Shown piece after piece: positions 62,646-64,000 of a stretch of 64,000 nucleotides of DNA. The notes below the pieces were generated by a model. It worked only from the letters and a program-made list of their open reading frames with translations, did not search any database and had not been told where the DNA came from. Both the position numbers and the translations under genes were made by a program. The stretch's first letter is position 1; each line of letters opens with the position of its first letter. Origin of the DNA: an uncultured bacterium (GTDB lineage: Bacteria > Desulfobacterota_D > UBA1144 > Nemesobacterales > UBA2774); contig CAWGRW010000009.1 in assembly GCA_963825135.1 (NCBI GenBank), positions 1-64,000 of the forward strand. The letters run 5' to 3'.

Positions 62646-63227
62646 TTATTCGGAGGACTTTCCGTCCCCGGAGAATATGAGGAGCAGAAGCTCCGTCCCT
62701 TCTATTCTCATGTAGGATAGCTCGATGACGGACGACGGGAACACCCACTTACGCTCGGCCGAGGTGCCGGGGTCGTTCGAGGTCTCCTCCTTATCAGGGT
62801 CCCCGTATCTGGAGGCCAGGTCCTCGTCTACCTTTATAAACGTCTCCGCCCATTCGAACCCCTTGGGCTCCCCCGTCGGAACGAAAACTATCTTCCTCAG
62901 CCTCTTTGTGCCGTTGTCCATCCAGAGGCTCGCCCTGAACCCCTTTCCCCCGATTGTGAGCCCCGTGAGCTCGAGGTCGCTGTACGCCCCCTCGCCCTTG
63001 TCCTCTTTGGGCTTATGCACGACTACGCTCTTTCCGAATGCGGCTTTGATCTCGTCCCCGGTCATGCCCCATTTCAGGTTCTCCCAGCCGTAAACGTCCC
63101 GGGGCTTCTGAGCGGCCCGAAGCCCGCCTGAGGGAATCAACACCGCCATGATCAACAGAATGGAGATTGATATTTTTATCAAGATTGCCTCCGGGTCCGG
63201 TCTTGTAATCGAAACATCCTCGTACAA
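62646..63227 (-). CDS. Secreted hypothetical protein with KWGM motif
   Basis: Signal-like segment then GW.NLKWGMT..EI; start uncertain. Confidence 0.7.
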   Translation of the reverse strand: MYEDVSITRPDPEAILIKISISILLIMAVLIPSGGLRAAQKPRDVYGWENLKWGMTGDEIKAAFGKSVVVHKPKEDKGEGAYSDLELTGLTIGGKGFRASLWMDNGTKRLRKIVFVPTGEPKGFEWAETFIKVDEDLASRYGDPDKEETSNDPGTSAERKWVFPSSVIELSYMRIEGTELLLLIFSGDGKSSE

Positions 63228-63475
63228 GAACTATAAAATAAGGGAGAGGAAAATGGAAACGGTTTTTCTATCCGCCATGCGGGACACGCACACACACAAT
63301 GCGTGCTCATATACGATCCTTCCGAAACTCCTACGCTCAAACCAGCGACGTAGCCAAACCCGTTCGTGCTGAGCTGGTCGAAGGGTGTCACTTCACCCGC
63401 GGGCATACGATCTCTAACATCCCCCTCAGCTCAATCCAACCCGTTCACCCTGAGCTTGTCGAAGGGTGATTATTC

Positions 63476-63598
63476 CCGACATTACAGAATTTGCGTATAG
63501 AAAATCGATTGTACGAGCGTTAAAAATCTTACGGGGGCCGGGGCGGGATCGGAAGATTTAGCGAGTGCATGAGATTTTTAGCACAATTCTGTAGTCGG
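63476..63598 (+). repeat. LH repeat copy 13
   Basis: Same arms and core. Confidence 0.9.
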
Positions 63599-63761
63599 AT
63601 GATTTTTGCTTCTTTTCATCAAGGAAAAGAAGGATAAAAAAAATATCCTTTCACCTTTCTTTGTCTTTTCATAAAACACACTGTCTGTTTCGCGGCTGGA
63701 AGCCGCTCCTGCGCGGGGGTAGATTGGGCCTGATACGTGCGGGTTCCGGCGGCCGCGCCCC

Positions 63762-64000
63762 CTATCCGCAGGACGCGCGCGGACGCTCCCTGCATTCACC
63801 CTCCAGGCACAGGGCGTGCGCACTCGACCTGTGTAGCAGGCCGAAGTCGAACACCCCCCTCTCCCCCATGAGCACGAGCCTTATGACGGAGCGCCCCGTC
63901 ATCCACTCGGTGAGATAGATGAGGGATTGAGCGCTCCGGACCGCGTCCCCGCACCGGCACGCCTTGCCGCAGAGGCCGCACCCGGAGCATATGTCTTCGT
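63762..64000 (-). CDS. 4Fe-4S binding protein, 3' part only
   Basis: Manual translation gives EDICSGCGLCGKAC (CxxCxxCxxxC); reading frame downstream uncertain. Confidence 0.5.
   Translation of the reverse strand, partial: EDICSGCGLCGKACRCGDAVRSAQSLIYLTEWMTGRSVIRLVLMGERGVFDFGLLHRSSAHALCLEGECRERPRASCG

Noticed and set aside
1109..63598. Long hairpins as integron attC sites
   Set aside because: No RYYYAAC...GTTRRRY boundaries, no integrase in the window, and flanking genes lie in both orientations, often with their own promoters.
547..63715. Repeats as a CRISPR array
   Set aside because: Copies are dispersed and variable, lack regular unique spacers, and no cas genes are present.

Overview
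Bacterial chromosomal window with GC-rich coding regions and about 50 genes, most encoding secreted, surface or membrane proteins. The IPTL-CTERM and GGC-CTERM sorting tails suggest Candidatus Dadabacteria or a related Desulfobacterota lineage (inference). Genes include two tandem DacB/S13 peptidases, a collagen-like protein, an array of IPTL-CTERM proteins, a choloylglycine hydrolase-family Ntn hydrolase, a Kazal protein, MFS and AI-2E transporters, DUF1326/DUF2182, a bacterial thaumatin-like protein, a K+ channel, a pentameric ligand-gated channel, the four-gene Anbu operon, a lipase, a group III truncated haemoglobin, a sigma54 activator with two recognisable target promoters, methyltransferases, a sulfotransferase and a TPR protein. 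Many single-base frameshifts, mostly in the first 14 kb, look like long-read errors. The most unusual signal is non-coding. Most long intergenic regions are ordered mosaics of palindromic repeats. These include a ~123-nt hairpin (13 copies, compensatory base changes, 12 of 13 on the + strand) and a family of ~85-93-nt elements (~15 copies) with a covarying AAC-stem-loop head. The short elements are inserted inside other repeats, and once inside one another, with no visible target-site duplication. No transposase, integrase, Cas gene, rRNA or tRNA was recognised.
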